This document shows, piece by piece, positions 8,233 through 16,900 of a stretch of 20,000 bases of DNA. The position numbers and the translations under genes are program-made. The stretch is from positions 111,439-131,438 of IMG/VR virus record IMGVR_UViG_3300009194_000004; one strand, written 5' to 3'. Under the pieces are notes generated by a model that was not told the DNA's origin, searched no databases, and worked only from the letters and a program-made list of their open reading frames with translations. Position 1 is the first letter of the stretch, and each line of letters opens with the position of its first letter. Source of the stretch: an uncultured virus (IMG/VR IMGVR_UViG_3300009194_000004) (lineage: Duplodnaviria > Heunggongvirae > Uroviricota > Caudoviricetes).

Positions 8233-10722
8233 TCAGGCTATGGTTACGTGTTGGTTGTAGGTTTGTGGGACGGTGATGTTGTTGGGGTCCAAGACACAGA
8301 TCTCGGCTTGGTTGAACGCCCCGTGTACGGATGAGAAGTGGGAGATGTAGAAGATCTGGTTGACCTGACCCAACTCCATCATGCGGTTCAAGAACGGAAT
8401 CAGGTTCTGACGGTGTTGCTCGTCAAAGGTACTGCCAAACTCATCCAGGTACAACGGGTAGTGGGAGATGTTCAAGAACTTCATCACCAGCAGTTTGAAC
8501 GCGAAGTTCACGATGTCCCGTTGGGAACTGGAACCCAAAGCGATGTCTGGGGCCGTGACCGACCCGTTGTTAACGTCCAGTGGGAACTTGTACGTCAGTT
8601 CGTCTTTTTCCATCGGGGACGGCATGACTTTCATTGGGTACGTCCAAATCTCATCACTGACGCTGTTGATGAGTTTCACCACCACCTGCATGAACCCCAT
8701 TAAGTAACGACCAATCAACCCGTCGGTGGGGCCGAGGGCCTTCACCAAGGCCTGATACTCTTTTTGGGCCGTGACGCTCTGGTCGTGTTGGGTTTGTATC
8801 TCACGCAGCACCCCTTCACGGACTTCCATCCGCGATAGCGACTCTTGTTCCTGAGCCAGCTGTATTTGCAAGTGACGGGTCTCTTCGGAAATGGCGTCCT
8901 GATACAGCGACTCCCGGTGCGTGTCCATGTCTTTAAAGAACGCTTCCAAATCCGCAATGGTGCTTTCCATGGCTTCTTTGAACCGAACCCGGTTGCGTTT
9001 GTGCGCGTCCAGTTCTTGAATTTCACGACCCAGTGTGCGTAACCGTTGGGTGGTGTTCTCGATCTCCTGTTCCAGTTGCTTACGGTGACGGTCGGTGCGG
9101 GTCAAAGCGTCCCGATCAATGGCATCCACGTAACGCAAGCGGTGTTCGATCACCTCCACTTCTTGTTTGAGTTCGTTGAGTTTGTTCAGGTTCTGCATGG
9201 CGTTGTTCCAGGACAACGCGTCGTTGAGATAATCCTTGGGCTGGCGGAACATGATTTTGTGCTCAACACACACGTCCCAAACCGGCGCAAACCGTTGGTT
9301 TTCATTCACCAACTTCCGGAACGCCCGAACGTACGTCATGTACTCCTCGAACTTCTCTAGGTACTCCTTGAGGTGTTCCATCTCCTTTTCAATCGCCGCA
9401 ATGCGGGGACCACGTTCATCAATGGCTTGTTGGATGGCTTTGACTTCGGTTGGGTTCACCCCCGGTTGGAAGTCGTGTTCACAGTTCGGGCAATGAACCG
9501 TCTCACACCCTTTGAGTCGTGACAACCGCCGCGCATCAGTGTTCTGATCGTTGTCCAAGGCCAGATGGGTTTTCTCCAAGTGCCGGTACCGCTCGTGGGC
9601 CTCTTTACCTTTCGCACTACTGAAACGCTCGTCGGCGTTGTTCGGGATAGTCTGAATCAAGTTGACCCATTCGTCGAATACTTGTGCCAACGTCTCATGC
9701 GGACGACGGTCTTGGGGAATGTCCACCAGCGGGAAGATGCCTTGATAGTGATCCACGGCTTGTTTGGGTTCGAGCATCTGTTGGCTCAGTGACTTGACCT
9801 GTTGGCGCAGATCGTTGATTTGGGTCTCACTGAGTTCCGTGTCACGACTGGGAGCTTGTTCGTTGAGCTTCTGAAACTCCTCGGTCATGCGTTCCAACAA
9901 CGTTTGCTGGCGACGGTACTCCTCGTTCTGTTCCGCACAGTACGCCTCAAACGCCGTTTCGTCTTCCAGTCCCGGAATGGCGTCCGGCAGCTGATAACGC
10001 AGTAGTTTCTCTGCCCGATCTGTCAGTGTCTTCAGATGATCACCCACCTCCCGTTCGTCCCGGTAATTCGATTGCACTCCGGCCTTGCGCTCTTCAAACA
10101 GCCGATCGAGTTTGGCGGTGAGTTCTTTGATGCGGGTTCGGTGATGACTCAAAACGTTGTCATCCGGTAGATCGTGATTCTCCTGACCCATACGCTTGGT
10201 CAGATGCTTCACCACGCCCTGCTGGTCTCGATGGGCCGTCTTGGCTTTATGGAACACGTTAAAGGCAAACCCCAAATCCACCGGCGCCAGACGGGTGAGC
10301 CACTCCCGACGTTTGGCCGTGCTCAGGGAGGTAAACGGGGTGATGCCCACCAAGAGGTTATGGATCTCTCGGTTAAGACCGAACTCGTCCCACACCAGCT
10401 CCTTCTGAACCGCAAAGGTGTTGCCCTTGTTCAACTCCTCACCGTTCTTGACGAAGGAGTGATGGCCCGACCCGCCAGTGTACTCAGACACCAGTTCGTA
10501 ATTGTCGTTCAAGTTACGCAGTCGCACTTCTTTACGACCACCTTTCGCAAACCCACTGTGGTGTGCAGGGAGCGGGGTAAGTTCTTCCAGGACCGACGAC
10601 TTGCCCGAACCGTTACTGCCGATCAACAACTGCAGGTCCTGTTTCGGTCGGAACTCAAAACGTTGAATGTTCGACAACATCAAACGCTTGTACTTTTCCA
10701 ACAGCAAATAAGTAATGCGCAT
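8233..10722 (-). CDS. sbcC: SbcC/Rad50-like SMC-family ATPase (829 aa)
   Basis: Walker A GSNGSGKSS, long coiled coils, central zinc hook CPNC, degenerate signature LGSSSQR, Walker B/D-loop LYLDEFGSTFD, H-loop YISH. Start set at MRITYLLL (10722), typical of the family's first strand. Confidence 0.9.
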   Translation of the reverse strand: MRITYLLLEKYKRLMLSNIQRFEFRPKQDLQLLIGSNGSGKSSVLEELTPLPAHHSGFAKGGRKEVRLRNLNDNYELVSEYTGGSGHHSFVKNGEELNKGNTFAVQKELVWDEFGLNREIHNLLVGITPFTSLSTAKRREWLTRLAPVDLGFAFNVFHKAKTAHRDQQGVVKHLTKRMGQENHDLPDDNVLSHHRTRIKELTAKLDRLFEERKAGVQSNYRDEREVGDHLKTLTDRAEKLLRYQLPDAIPGLEDETAFEAYCAEQNEEYRRQQTLLERMTEEFQKLNEQAPSRDTELSETQINDLRQQVKSLSQQMLEPKQAVDHYQGIFPLVDIPQDRRPHETLAQVFDEWVNLIQTIPNNADERFSSAKGKEAHERYRHLEKTHLALDNDQNTDARRLSRLKGCETVHCPNCEHDFQPGVNPTEVKAIQQAIDERGPRIAAIEKEMEHLKEYLEKFEEYMTYVRAFRKLVNENQRFAPVWDVCVEHKIMFRQPKDYLNDALSWNNAMQNLNKLNELKQEVEVIEHRLRYVDAIDRDALTRTDRHRKQLEQEIENTTQRLRTLGREIQELDAHKRNRVRFKEAMESTIADLEAFFKDMDTHRESLYQDAISEETRHLQIQLAQEQESLSRMEVREGVLREIQTQHDQSVTAQKEYQALVKALGPTDGLIGRYLMGFMQVVVKLINSVSDEIWTYPMKVMPSPMEKDELTYKFPLDVNNGSVTAPDIALGSSSQRDIVNFAFKLLVMKFLNISHYPLYLDEFGSTFDEQHRQNLIPFLNRMMELGQVNQIFYISHFSSVHGAFNQAEICVLDPNNITVPQTYNQHVTIA

Positions 10723-10796
10723 GTCGTTACTTTCTCTATTTTGGCGGTTAATCTCTATAGGAAAAGACCCCACAGTAGAAGTTCAGGAGACCTCTA

Positions 10797-11855
10797 ATGC
10801 AAATGAGTCAATTACGCCCGTACAGTATCGGCGTGGCTTCGGAAAACAAACCGCTCGACACACGTCACTTGAATGTGACGCCCATTGAAATGTTGTCGGC
10901 CTTGGATGGGGAAATCAAGTTTGACCCTCAGGACGAGGTGGTTCGGGGTGTGGACAGTCGTGGGAACGAATACGAAATCAAGGTAACGATGGACAACTCC
11001 ATCACTGCTGAATGGTACCCCGGGGCGTCCAATCGTGTCACACCGCCTGACATTCGCCGTGGCGAGCTGATCGAGATCTTTCGACTCGCTGATACGGATA
11101 AGTTTTATTGGCGTTGTATGGGCCTCAGAGACGATCTGAGGCGATTGGAAACCGTGATCTGGGCCTTCAATGGCACACCAAACGAAGGCGACAAAGGGAT
11201 CAGTTACGAGACCTCCTATTTCTTTGAGGTGTCCACCCATAAGAAACTGATCACCATGAGCACATCCCAAGCCAATGGGGAACCGTTCCGTTACACCTTC
11301 CAGTTCAATACCGGGGAAGGCAATGTCCTATTGACCGACGACGTTGGTAACCATGTACTGTTGGATAGTGCTAACACCAACATCCACCTAGAAAACATCG
11401 AAGGCACCATGGTGGAGTTGAACAAACAGGACATCAACTTTTACGCCCCCAACGACCTGAACGGCCTGGTTGACAACAACGTCAATCTGAAGGTCGGGAA
11501 CAACATGAACATTGACGTGGTCAAAGACATTAGCATCAAGGCGGGTAAAAACTACACGCTCACCGCTGGGGTGGACATCACGACGAACGCTGGAAAGAAC
11601 AGCACCCACAACGCTGGTATGAACTACAGTGTGACCGCCCAACAGATGGTGAACGTCCTGGCCATGAAAACCGCAACGGTCACGGGCAATGTCAGTGCGT
11701 CCTTAGTCAGTGGTGGGAATGGTCTAAACGTAACCCCCGCAGGGATCACCATGACAGGTGGCACATCAACCATGGGTATGACACCGGCGGGCGTTCAGTT
11801 TGAGTCTCCGGCCATGAACATGAAGGTCGGTTCATTCGATGTAAAACAGGGGTAA
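10797..11855 (+). CDS. Baseplate central spike / puncturing protein (gp5/GpV/VgrG-like, 352 aa)
   Basis: C-terminal 8-residue beta-helix-type repeats (VDNNVNLK VGNNMNID VVKDISIK AGKNYTLT AGVDITTN AGKNSTHN AGMNYSVT); immediately upstream of a PAAR gene; GGAG RBS; no lysozyme domain evident. Confidence 0.8.
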   Translation: MQMSQLRPYSIGVASENKPLDTRHLNVTPIEMLSALDGEIKFDPQDEVVRGVDSRGNEYEIKVTMDNSITAEWYPGASNRVTPPDIRRGELIEIFRLADTDKFYWRCMGLRDDLRRLETVIWAFNGTPNEGDKGISYETSYFFEVSTHKKLITMSTSQANGEPFRYTFQFNTGEGNVLLTDDVGNHVLLDSANTNIHLENIEGTMVELNKQDINFYAPNDLNGLVDNNVNLKVGNNMNIDVVKDISIKAGKNYTLTAGVDITTNAGKNSTHNAGMNYSVTAQQMVNVLAMKTATVTGNVSASLVSGGNGLNVTPAGITMTGGTSTMGMTPAGVQFESPAMNMKVGSFDVKQG

Positions 11856-11859
11856 CGCA

Positions 11860-12123
11860 ATGCCAGGTATCAGTTTAGTGGGTGTCGACGCCGCTGGCGG
11901 AACTATTAACGGTGGTGGTCAAAGTGTCATGACAGTAGACGGTGCACCCGTAGCAGTCGTGGGTGACGCGGTGGCCGGTCACGGTAAGTCCCCACACGCG
12001 GCGCCATCAATGACAGCGGGTTCCAGCATCATGCGCATCAACGGAATTCCTGTGTGTCGGGCAGGGGATTCGGCCAGCTGCGGACACGCCGCCAGTGGGC
12101 AATCGTGGTTCAATGTGGATTAA
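11860..12123 (+). CDS. PAAR-repeat spike tip protein (87 aa)
   Basis: VDGAPVAVVGD and INGIPVCRAGD PAAR-type repeats; candidate metal ligands H-x4-H and CGH. Confidence 0.92.
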   Translation: MPGISLVGVDAAGGTINGGGQSVMTVDGAPVAVVGDAVAGHGKSPHAAPSMTAGSSIMRINGIPVCRAGDSASCGHAASGQSWFNVD

Positions 12124-12124
12124 G

Positions 12125-12158
12125 GACATAAAGGCGCCCCGAAGGGCGCCAATATGTC
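12125..12158. terminator. Stem-loop, probable terminator between convergent genes
   Basis: GACATA-aa-GGCGCCC-CGAA-GGGCGCC-aa-TATGTC between the PAAR stop (12123) and the stop at 12179. Confidence 0.75.
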
Positions 12159-12178
12159 GTCATTTAAGGTAGAACCGA

Positions 12179-14434
12179 TTAGGCGGTTTCACCTTTTTCT
12201 TTTTCTTTTTCTTCTTTTACTGCATGCTGTTTGTGGGTTTTGATGAAATACTCCAAAGTTGAAGCGTACGCTTTTGCTGTGGAAGCAACGTAAGCATGGA
12301 AATCACCTGTCGGTTTGACGAAGTTTCGGACGAGTTCGTTGAGGGTACGAACCGGAAGGTTGGTTCCGGCGCCGACCAACAGCTCGCCAATAGAAGACGG
12401 ACTCTTGCCGTTATTTTCATCCCTGACGATCTTGAACGTAACGTCGACCTTATCCGAAGACATCTTTCTACGGATCTGCTCGTACTTGTCTTGAGCGTTT
12501 TTCGAGTCCTCAAGAACCTTGACAAGAGTTTCCATGGATTTAAGCATACCCTTGATTTCATCCATGGATGGCAGGTCAACCGCGTCCATTTCCGGATTTG
12601 TACCTGTATTTACAGGCACGAAATCGAAGTATGAGAACTTACTCAACGACGGGTTATTATTCCCCTTCACGAACGATTCGATACGCGTCTGGGGTTGTAC
12701 CCACAAGACCAGCGCACGATCCCCTGGAAGGAGTGAGGAGCGTTTGATGCCCTCATAGCCCTTAACATGGTCGGGCAGATCCGATGCCTTTACATCCGTA
12801 GACCCAGGCAGTGGTTTAATGTGTTTCTGCGGGAGCATGAACAGTTCCCGAGCCGTCAGGTCCATAGTGGCTTTCAGGTCCTTTGACTTTGAGAAGTCGG
12901 TCGACATGATGTCGATGCCTTCTTTTATCATGCTCTCGTATTGGCGTGGGTATTGATTGAACATGTAATTAGACACGTCAATCATTGCCTTAATGGTCTC
13001 TGGTTTTGTGGGTCCGAATACCCCGGAAACCATCAAACGTTTACCGCCTTTAACATTTACCTTCTTACTGCCAGCTCCGGACTCAATGGACTCAACTTCT
13101 TTCTTAAGCTGATCCAGTTTCTTCTTGGTACCGGCGACGTCATCGTTGAATTTACCCCAAATGTGCCGGAGTAGTTCAAACAGTTTTTCCATCGCCTTCT
13201 TGCCGGCAGCGATGGTGGCTTTGAAGCCCGACTGGACGCTTTCCAGAGACACCTGGGTTGCGTACTGACGCGAGCTGGTCTGACCGAACGCTTCATTGGA
13301 GGGAATCAGCTGATCGCCACTGAACGACTCGTCCATATGCTCAAGACCAATGCGGATGGACTCGGCGGTAATGGAATCAATACCATCGCCACGTTCCAGA
13401 GCTTTGGTGAGAAGTGAATGGTAGGCTTCCAGAGACTCGCTCACTTTATCAAAATGGGCACCGTCTTGAGCGACCTGGTTCATGTCCTCGACCATCTTCT
13501 CTTCCGGTGAGGTAATGCCCACATCCAGGGACTCGTCTTCTTCGGCGCTGACGGAAACATCACCCTCGCCTTCACCGCTGGCTTCTTCGGTACCCTTGGT
13601 GTCGGCCGACACGTCTTCTTCCGGCTTGGGAACGTCGTGTTGCGGACCTTCTTTTACTCCACCGGTAGTTTCGGCTTCGCCGGATTCGGTTTCTTCGGAC
13701 ACTGTCACCGGCTGATGTTCAACATCACCGTTTACTTCGGCGTCACCGGCGGTTTCTTCTTCCGGATCACCGGCTTCGGACTCCACGTCGTCAGCTTCAG
13801 AGACCGATTCTTCTTCGGCTTGGGCTTCAGCTTCCGCAGGAGCTTCTTCAGCGGGTCCTTCTTCGACCACCGGTGTCTTACCGGCTTCTTCCTCTTCACC
13901 GCCTTCTTCGGCGTCAGAGGCGGGTTCTTCGCCAGACTGCTCGTCCACTTCTTCTTTTACAGCTTCGGCATCGTCGGAAGAGGCTTCTTCTTCCTGCTCG
14001 CCATCATCAGAAGCTTCTTCCTCGCCAGCTTCCTCTTCTTCCTCACCGGCTTCGGATTCTTCGCCGTCTTCTTCCTCGTCCTTTTCTTCAGACTCTTCGT
14101 CTTTCTCGTCGGAGTCATCGTCGGAGGACTCTTCCTCTTCCTCACGCTCCTCTTCTTCGTCCTTTTCCTCTTCCTCCTCTTCTTCCTTGCTGTCCTCGGA
14201 GGAAACAGTCACTTTCTGGTGACCTTGGTCTTTGGTCGTATGTTTCGGAGCGTCGTCGGACGCCGCGTCGAGCTCCGCTACCGCCGGCTTGGCTGTATCC
14301 GCATCACCGCTCTGTTCATTGCTGGCGTCAGAGAAATCGTCTTTCGGGGTTTCGCCGTCCTGAACAACAACCTTCTGATCTTCGTTGTTGTCTTCGTTAC
14401 TGGACGTCAGCCATTGCTTGATAAATCGAGACAT
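12179..14434 (-). CDS. Probable internal head protein with long acidic N-terminal propeptide (751 aa), phiKZ gp162/gp163-like
   Basis: First ~310 aa are Glu/Asp-rich and low complexity. Many S/A/G-x-E sites, including ATQVSLE|S at residue 398, followed by a Lys-rich globular region. GAGGAG RBS. Family assignment from recalled architecture and synteny with spike and sbcC. Confidence 0.7.
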   Translation of the reverse strand: MSRFIKQWLTSSNEDNNEDQKVVVQDGETPKDDFSDASNEQSGDADTAKPAVAELDAASDDAPKHTTKDQGHQKVTVSSEDSKEEEEEEEKDEEEEREEEEESSDDDSDEKDEESEEKDEEEDGEESEAGEEEEEAGEEEASDDGEQEEEASSDDAEAVKEEVDEQSGEEPASDAEEGGEEEEAGKTPVVEEGPAEEAPAEAEAQAEEESVSEADDVESEAGDPEEETAGDAEVNGDVEHQPVTVSEETESGEAETTGGVKEGPQHDVPKPEEDVSADTKGTEEASGEGEGDVSVSAEEDESLDVGITSPEEKMVEDMNQVAQDGAHFDKVSESLEAYHSLLTKALERGDGIDSITAESIRIGLEHMDESFSGDQLIPSNEAFGQTSSRQYATQVSLESVQSGFKATIAAGKKAMEKLFELLRHIWGKFNDDVAGTKKKLDQLKKEVESIESGAGSKKVNVKGGKRLMVSGVFGPTKPETIKAMIDVSNYMFNQYPRQYESMIKEGIDIMSTDFSKSKDLKATMDLTARELFMLPQKHIKPLPGSTDVKASDLPDHVKGYEGIKRSSLLPGDRALVLWVQPQTRIESFVKGNNNPSLSKFSYFDFVPVNTGTNPEMDAVDLPSMDEIKGMLKSMETLVKVLEDSKNAQDKYEQIRRKMSSDKVDVTFKIVRDENNGKSPSSIGELLVGAGTNLPVRTLNELVRNFVKPTGDFHAYVASTAKAYASTLEYFIKTHKQHAVKEEKEKEKGETA

Positions 14435-14525
14435 TAGGATTACTCCTCATTGCTACGTAACAAATAGAGCTGTATGCTCCAAAGGAAATGCCCGGCCGGG
14501 GGCATGTATGATTCCAAAGCATTGG

Positions 14526-15143
14526 TTACTCTGGGATCAAATTATTGTCTTTTAGGATCTGTTCCATGATGGCCAGACGCTGTTCGAGTTGGGCGTTTTT
14601 CTCCGACAACTCCAACACGCGCGCATGGGACGTGGTGCGGTTGCTGATGGCCGCCGCGCGGGCGGTTTCCAACACCTCGTGCTGTTCGGGTGAGATGGTC
14701 CCTTTCATGGGAGCAACGCCCAACTCCACTTTCGGTTGCATGCCGATGGTGTCTGACACCACCGCACCGACTTGATCCTGCAAGAAGGTTAAGTCTATAT
14801 AATCGGGCAGTGGACCCAAAGACGCACTGAGCACCACGTGATGGTAGTTGCGGTGTGAGAGATCGGGGATCGCCTCGATGTAACTGCTGGGTACGTAGAT
14901 GGGAGCGCTGGTCTCCGACGTCAGTGTGACAATCGCCACCTTTTCTCGACGGTCTTTCTCAAAGACGTTCCGGTCCATCCCCATGGGCTGGTAGTAGTCT
15001 TCGTATACATCGAACCCGAGGTTCTCAATGTCCACGAAGTAACGGATCGCCGCACATGTGTATAGAGTGTCAGGCGACGCGTTCCATGGGGACTTCAGAC
15101 TGTAACGCCCTTTCATCCCCAACGTTGGGATAATCGATACCAT
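14526..15143 (-). CDS. Hypothetical protein (205 aa) with C-terminal coiled coil
   Basis: AAGGA RBS overlapping the upstream stop; C-terminal heptads (VLELSEKNAQLEQRLAIMEQIL); last gene of the 19253->14526 run. Confidence 0.75.
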   Translation of the reverse strand: MVSIIPTLGMKGRYSLKSPWNASPDTLYTCAAIRYFVDIENLGFDVYEDYYQPMGMDRNVFEKDRREKVAIVTLTSETSAPIYVPSSYIEAIPDLSHRNYHHVVLSASLGPLPDYIDLTFLQDQVGAVVSDTIGMQPKVELGVAPMKGTISPEQHEVLETARAAAISNRTTSHARVLELSEKNAQLEQRLAIMEQILKDNNLIPE

Positions 15144-15152
15144 GGTAAATCC

Positions 15153-16481
15153 TTACTCAATTTTCCAAAAATCCGAACTATAGCCCTCAGCTACGCCATT
15201 AACAATGGCATTACCGCCATGGAAATAAAAAACGCCATCCATCATCGCATAAGCAGGAACCTGTCGGATCGGTATAGTGGGTGGTGCACCCGTTGGCTGT
15301 TTCAATAGAACTTCCCGCCAACGGAGGTCCGCCGGGTTGAATTCCCAAAGGTCGTTGTATCGATCGTCGTCCCCGGAGGTGTTGTTGCCACCATTACCAC
15401 CAAATACATAGAGGCGCCCGTTAAATGCACCGGCGGCGTGTCGGTTTTTTTGGGGAACTGAATTAACGGTAACAACTTCGGACCATTCATCCGTATCCGT
15501 ATTAAAAACCCATAGTTTGTCTTGATACGTATTTTGTATATCCCCACCGAATACATAGAGTTTATTCCCGATACGCGTCATCGTGTGCTCTTTAAGTAAT
15601 GGGATCGGATCAGGCAATACTTCCCATGTACCAGCGGCTACGTCGTACCGGTAAAACGACGGGTTTGGGTTTGTAGGGTCGTTATAACTGGCAGACCCGC
15701 CATGGATATAAATACGTCCCTGGGCATCAACAGCAGATGCATGAAACATAGTCGCCACTGGGCCGTTTGGCAACGATTCCCACTGAGCATTTTGGAAATT
15801 GTAACGACGGAATTCGGCAAGAGGCGTCCCACTTTGTGTTCGAGTACCCCCATAAACCCAAAGGTATCCATCGGTAACCACCGCTGAGTGATCCACTATA
15901 GTGTCGGGAAAAGGCGGTAACTTTGACCACACCGAACCATCGAATTTGAAAAATTCAAGGTTACCACCAGTAGAGTGCTGTCCCCCGAGAAGGTACAGTT
16001 CGTTTTCATAAACCGACAATGTGTGTCGGCGACGCGGTGTCGGACCTTCGGTAAGTTCAGTAGCTATGCCGTTAACGCGGTTGTCGTAATTTATGGGCGC
16101 TGTATAAGGATCATCGCCTATGTTGATACGATACATCCGAACACCATCATCCACGTAGTACAGCCGTCCATTTGGTGGGGAGAAACATAATGTCATCGGA
16201 CGTAAAAATGCATCCTCGCCGTAATATGGACGACTTGTGTAGCTTACGCCATCGTATTCATGGAGTAGGTTCGTCCGTGCATCGAAGATACGTTCGTACC
16301 GCTGTGTTTTTAAATTGGCAAGTTCTACGTACTTTTCCGCGACTGGTAGCATTGCCATTGGCTCACCCCCCGTCACCGAAAAAGGGACTGACGGGTCATT
16401 GACAAATAGAACACCACCGATTGGTACCTCATCTTTTTTAGCTTTAACGGTGCTAAAAAACCTAGCTAACGCGTCTTTCAT
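15153..16481 (-). CDS. Kelch-repeat beta-propeller protein with N-terminal shared module (442 aa)
   Basis: Six Kelch-type repeats: LYLLGG, LWVYGG, IYIHGG, LYVFGG, LYVFGG, FYFHGG, the first five followed by Y/F-x-W segments (e.g. FYRYDVAAGTW). ATGA overlap with the upstream gene. Confidence 0.9.
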   Translation of the reverse strand: MKDALARFFSTVKAKKDEVPIGGVLFVNDPSVPFSVTGGEPMAMLPVAEKYVELANLKTQRYERIFDARTNLLHEYDGVSYTSRPYYGEDAFLRPMTLCFSPPNGRLYYVDDGVRMYRINIGDDPYTAPINYDNRVNGIATELTEGPTPRRRHTLSVYENELYLLGGQHSTGGNLEFFKFDGSVWSKLPPFPDTIVDHSAVVTDGYLWVYGGTRTQSGTPLAEFRRYNFQNAQWESLPNGPVATMFHASAVDAQGRIYIHGGSASYNDPTNPNPSFYRYDVAAGTWEVLPDPIPLLKEHTMTRIGNKLYVFGGDIQNTYQDKLWVFNTDTDEWSEVVTVNSVPQKNRHAAGAFNGRLYVFGGNGGNNTSGDDDRYNDLWEFNPADLRWREVLLKQPTGAPPTIPIRQVPAYAMMDGVFYFHGGNAIVNGVAEGYSSDFWKIE

Positions 16482-16900
16482 ACCGTCGTTCCCTTTATTT
16501 GTTCAATATTCAGGGTGTTGTCGAAAAGAAAAAGTTTCTGGGTGTAAGGTGAGAAATAGACTCTACCAACTTTGAACACATCGTCACGGTTTTCGGTTGT
16601 GATTGTCCAGCCGCCGTTCTCCCAGATCATCAAAGAGTCGTTTCGCGTGTCAAAAACCACCGCCCGACTACCTGAATTTTGGACCATGTTAACAGTTTGG
16701 TTATAGTCGTCGTAGGTTACCACGACACCAACTTCATTGACAACCGGTTCAGGGCTAAACGTAAATTCACCGTCGGCACTGTTCACAAAGAGTACATGAA
16801 ACCGTTTGGCTGTATTGGGAAATGCCCCCCGGAAAAACGCAACCAATTTACTTAGATAGGAATCGACTGCTCGCCGTAGTTCGTTCATGTATGACCTCAT
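16478..16900 (-). CDS. Hypothetical protein (140 aa), stand-alone copy of the module shared with both neighbours
   Basis: ATGA overlaps at both ends; blocks VLFVN, VFDTRNDSLMIWENGGW and YFSPYTQKLF recur in the flanking proteins. The start could alternatively be the second Met (MNEL). Confidence 0.8.
   Translation of the reverse strand: MRSYMNELRRAVDSYLSKLVAFFRGAFPNTAKRFHVLFVNSADGEFTFSPEPVVNEVGVVVTYDDYNQTVNMVQNSGSRAVVFDTRNDSLMIWENGGWTITTENRDDVFKVGRVYFSPYTQKLFLFDNTLNIEQIKGTTV

Noticed and set aside
10174..10797. 207-aa plus-strand ORF and other ORFs antisense to sbcC
   Set aside because: Overlap a well-supported gene on the opposite strand and show no motifs.
10797..12123. Spike + PAAR as part of a bacterial T6SS or eCIS locus
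   Set aside because: No tss, afp or effector/immunity genes nearby; context is phage virion and DNA metabolism genes.
13637..14437. Phe-rich 266-aa and Arg/Leu-rich 182-aa plus-strand ORFs
   Set aside because: Shadows of GAA/GAG-rich codons on the minus strand, which lack antisense stops.
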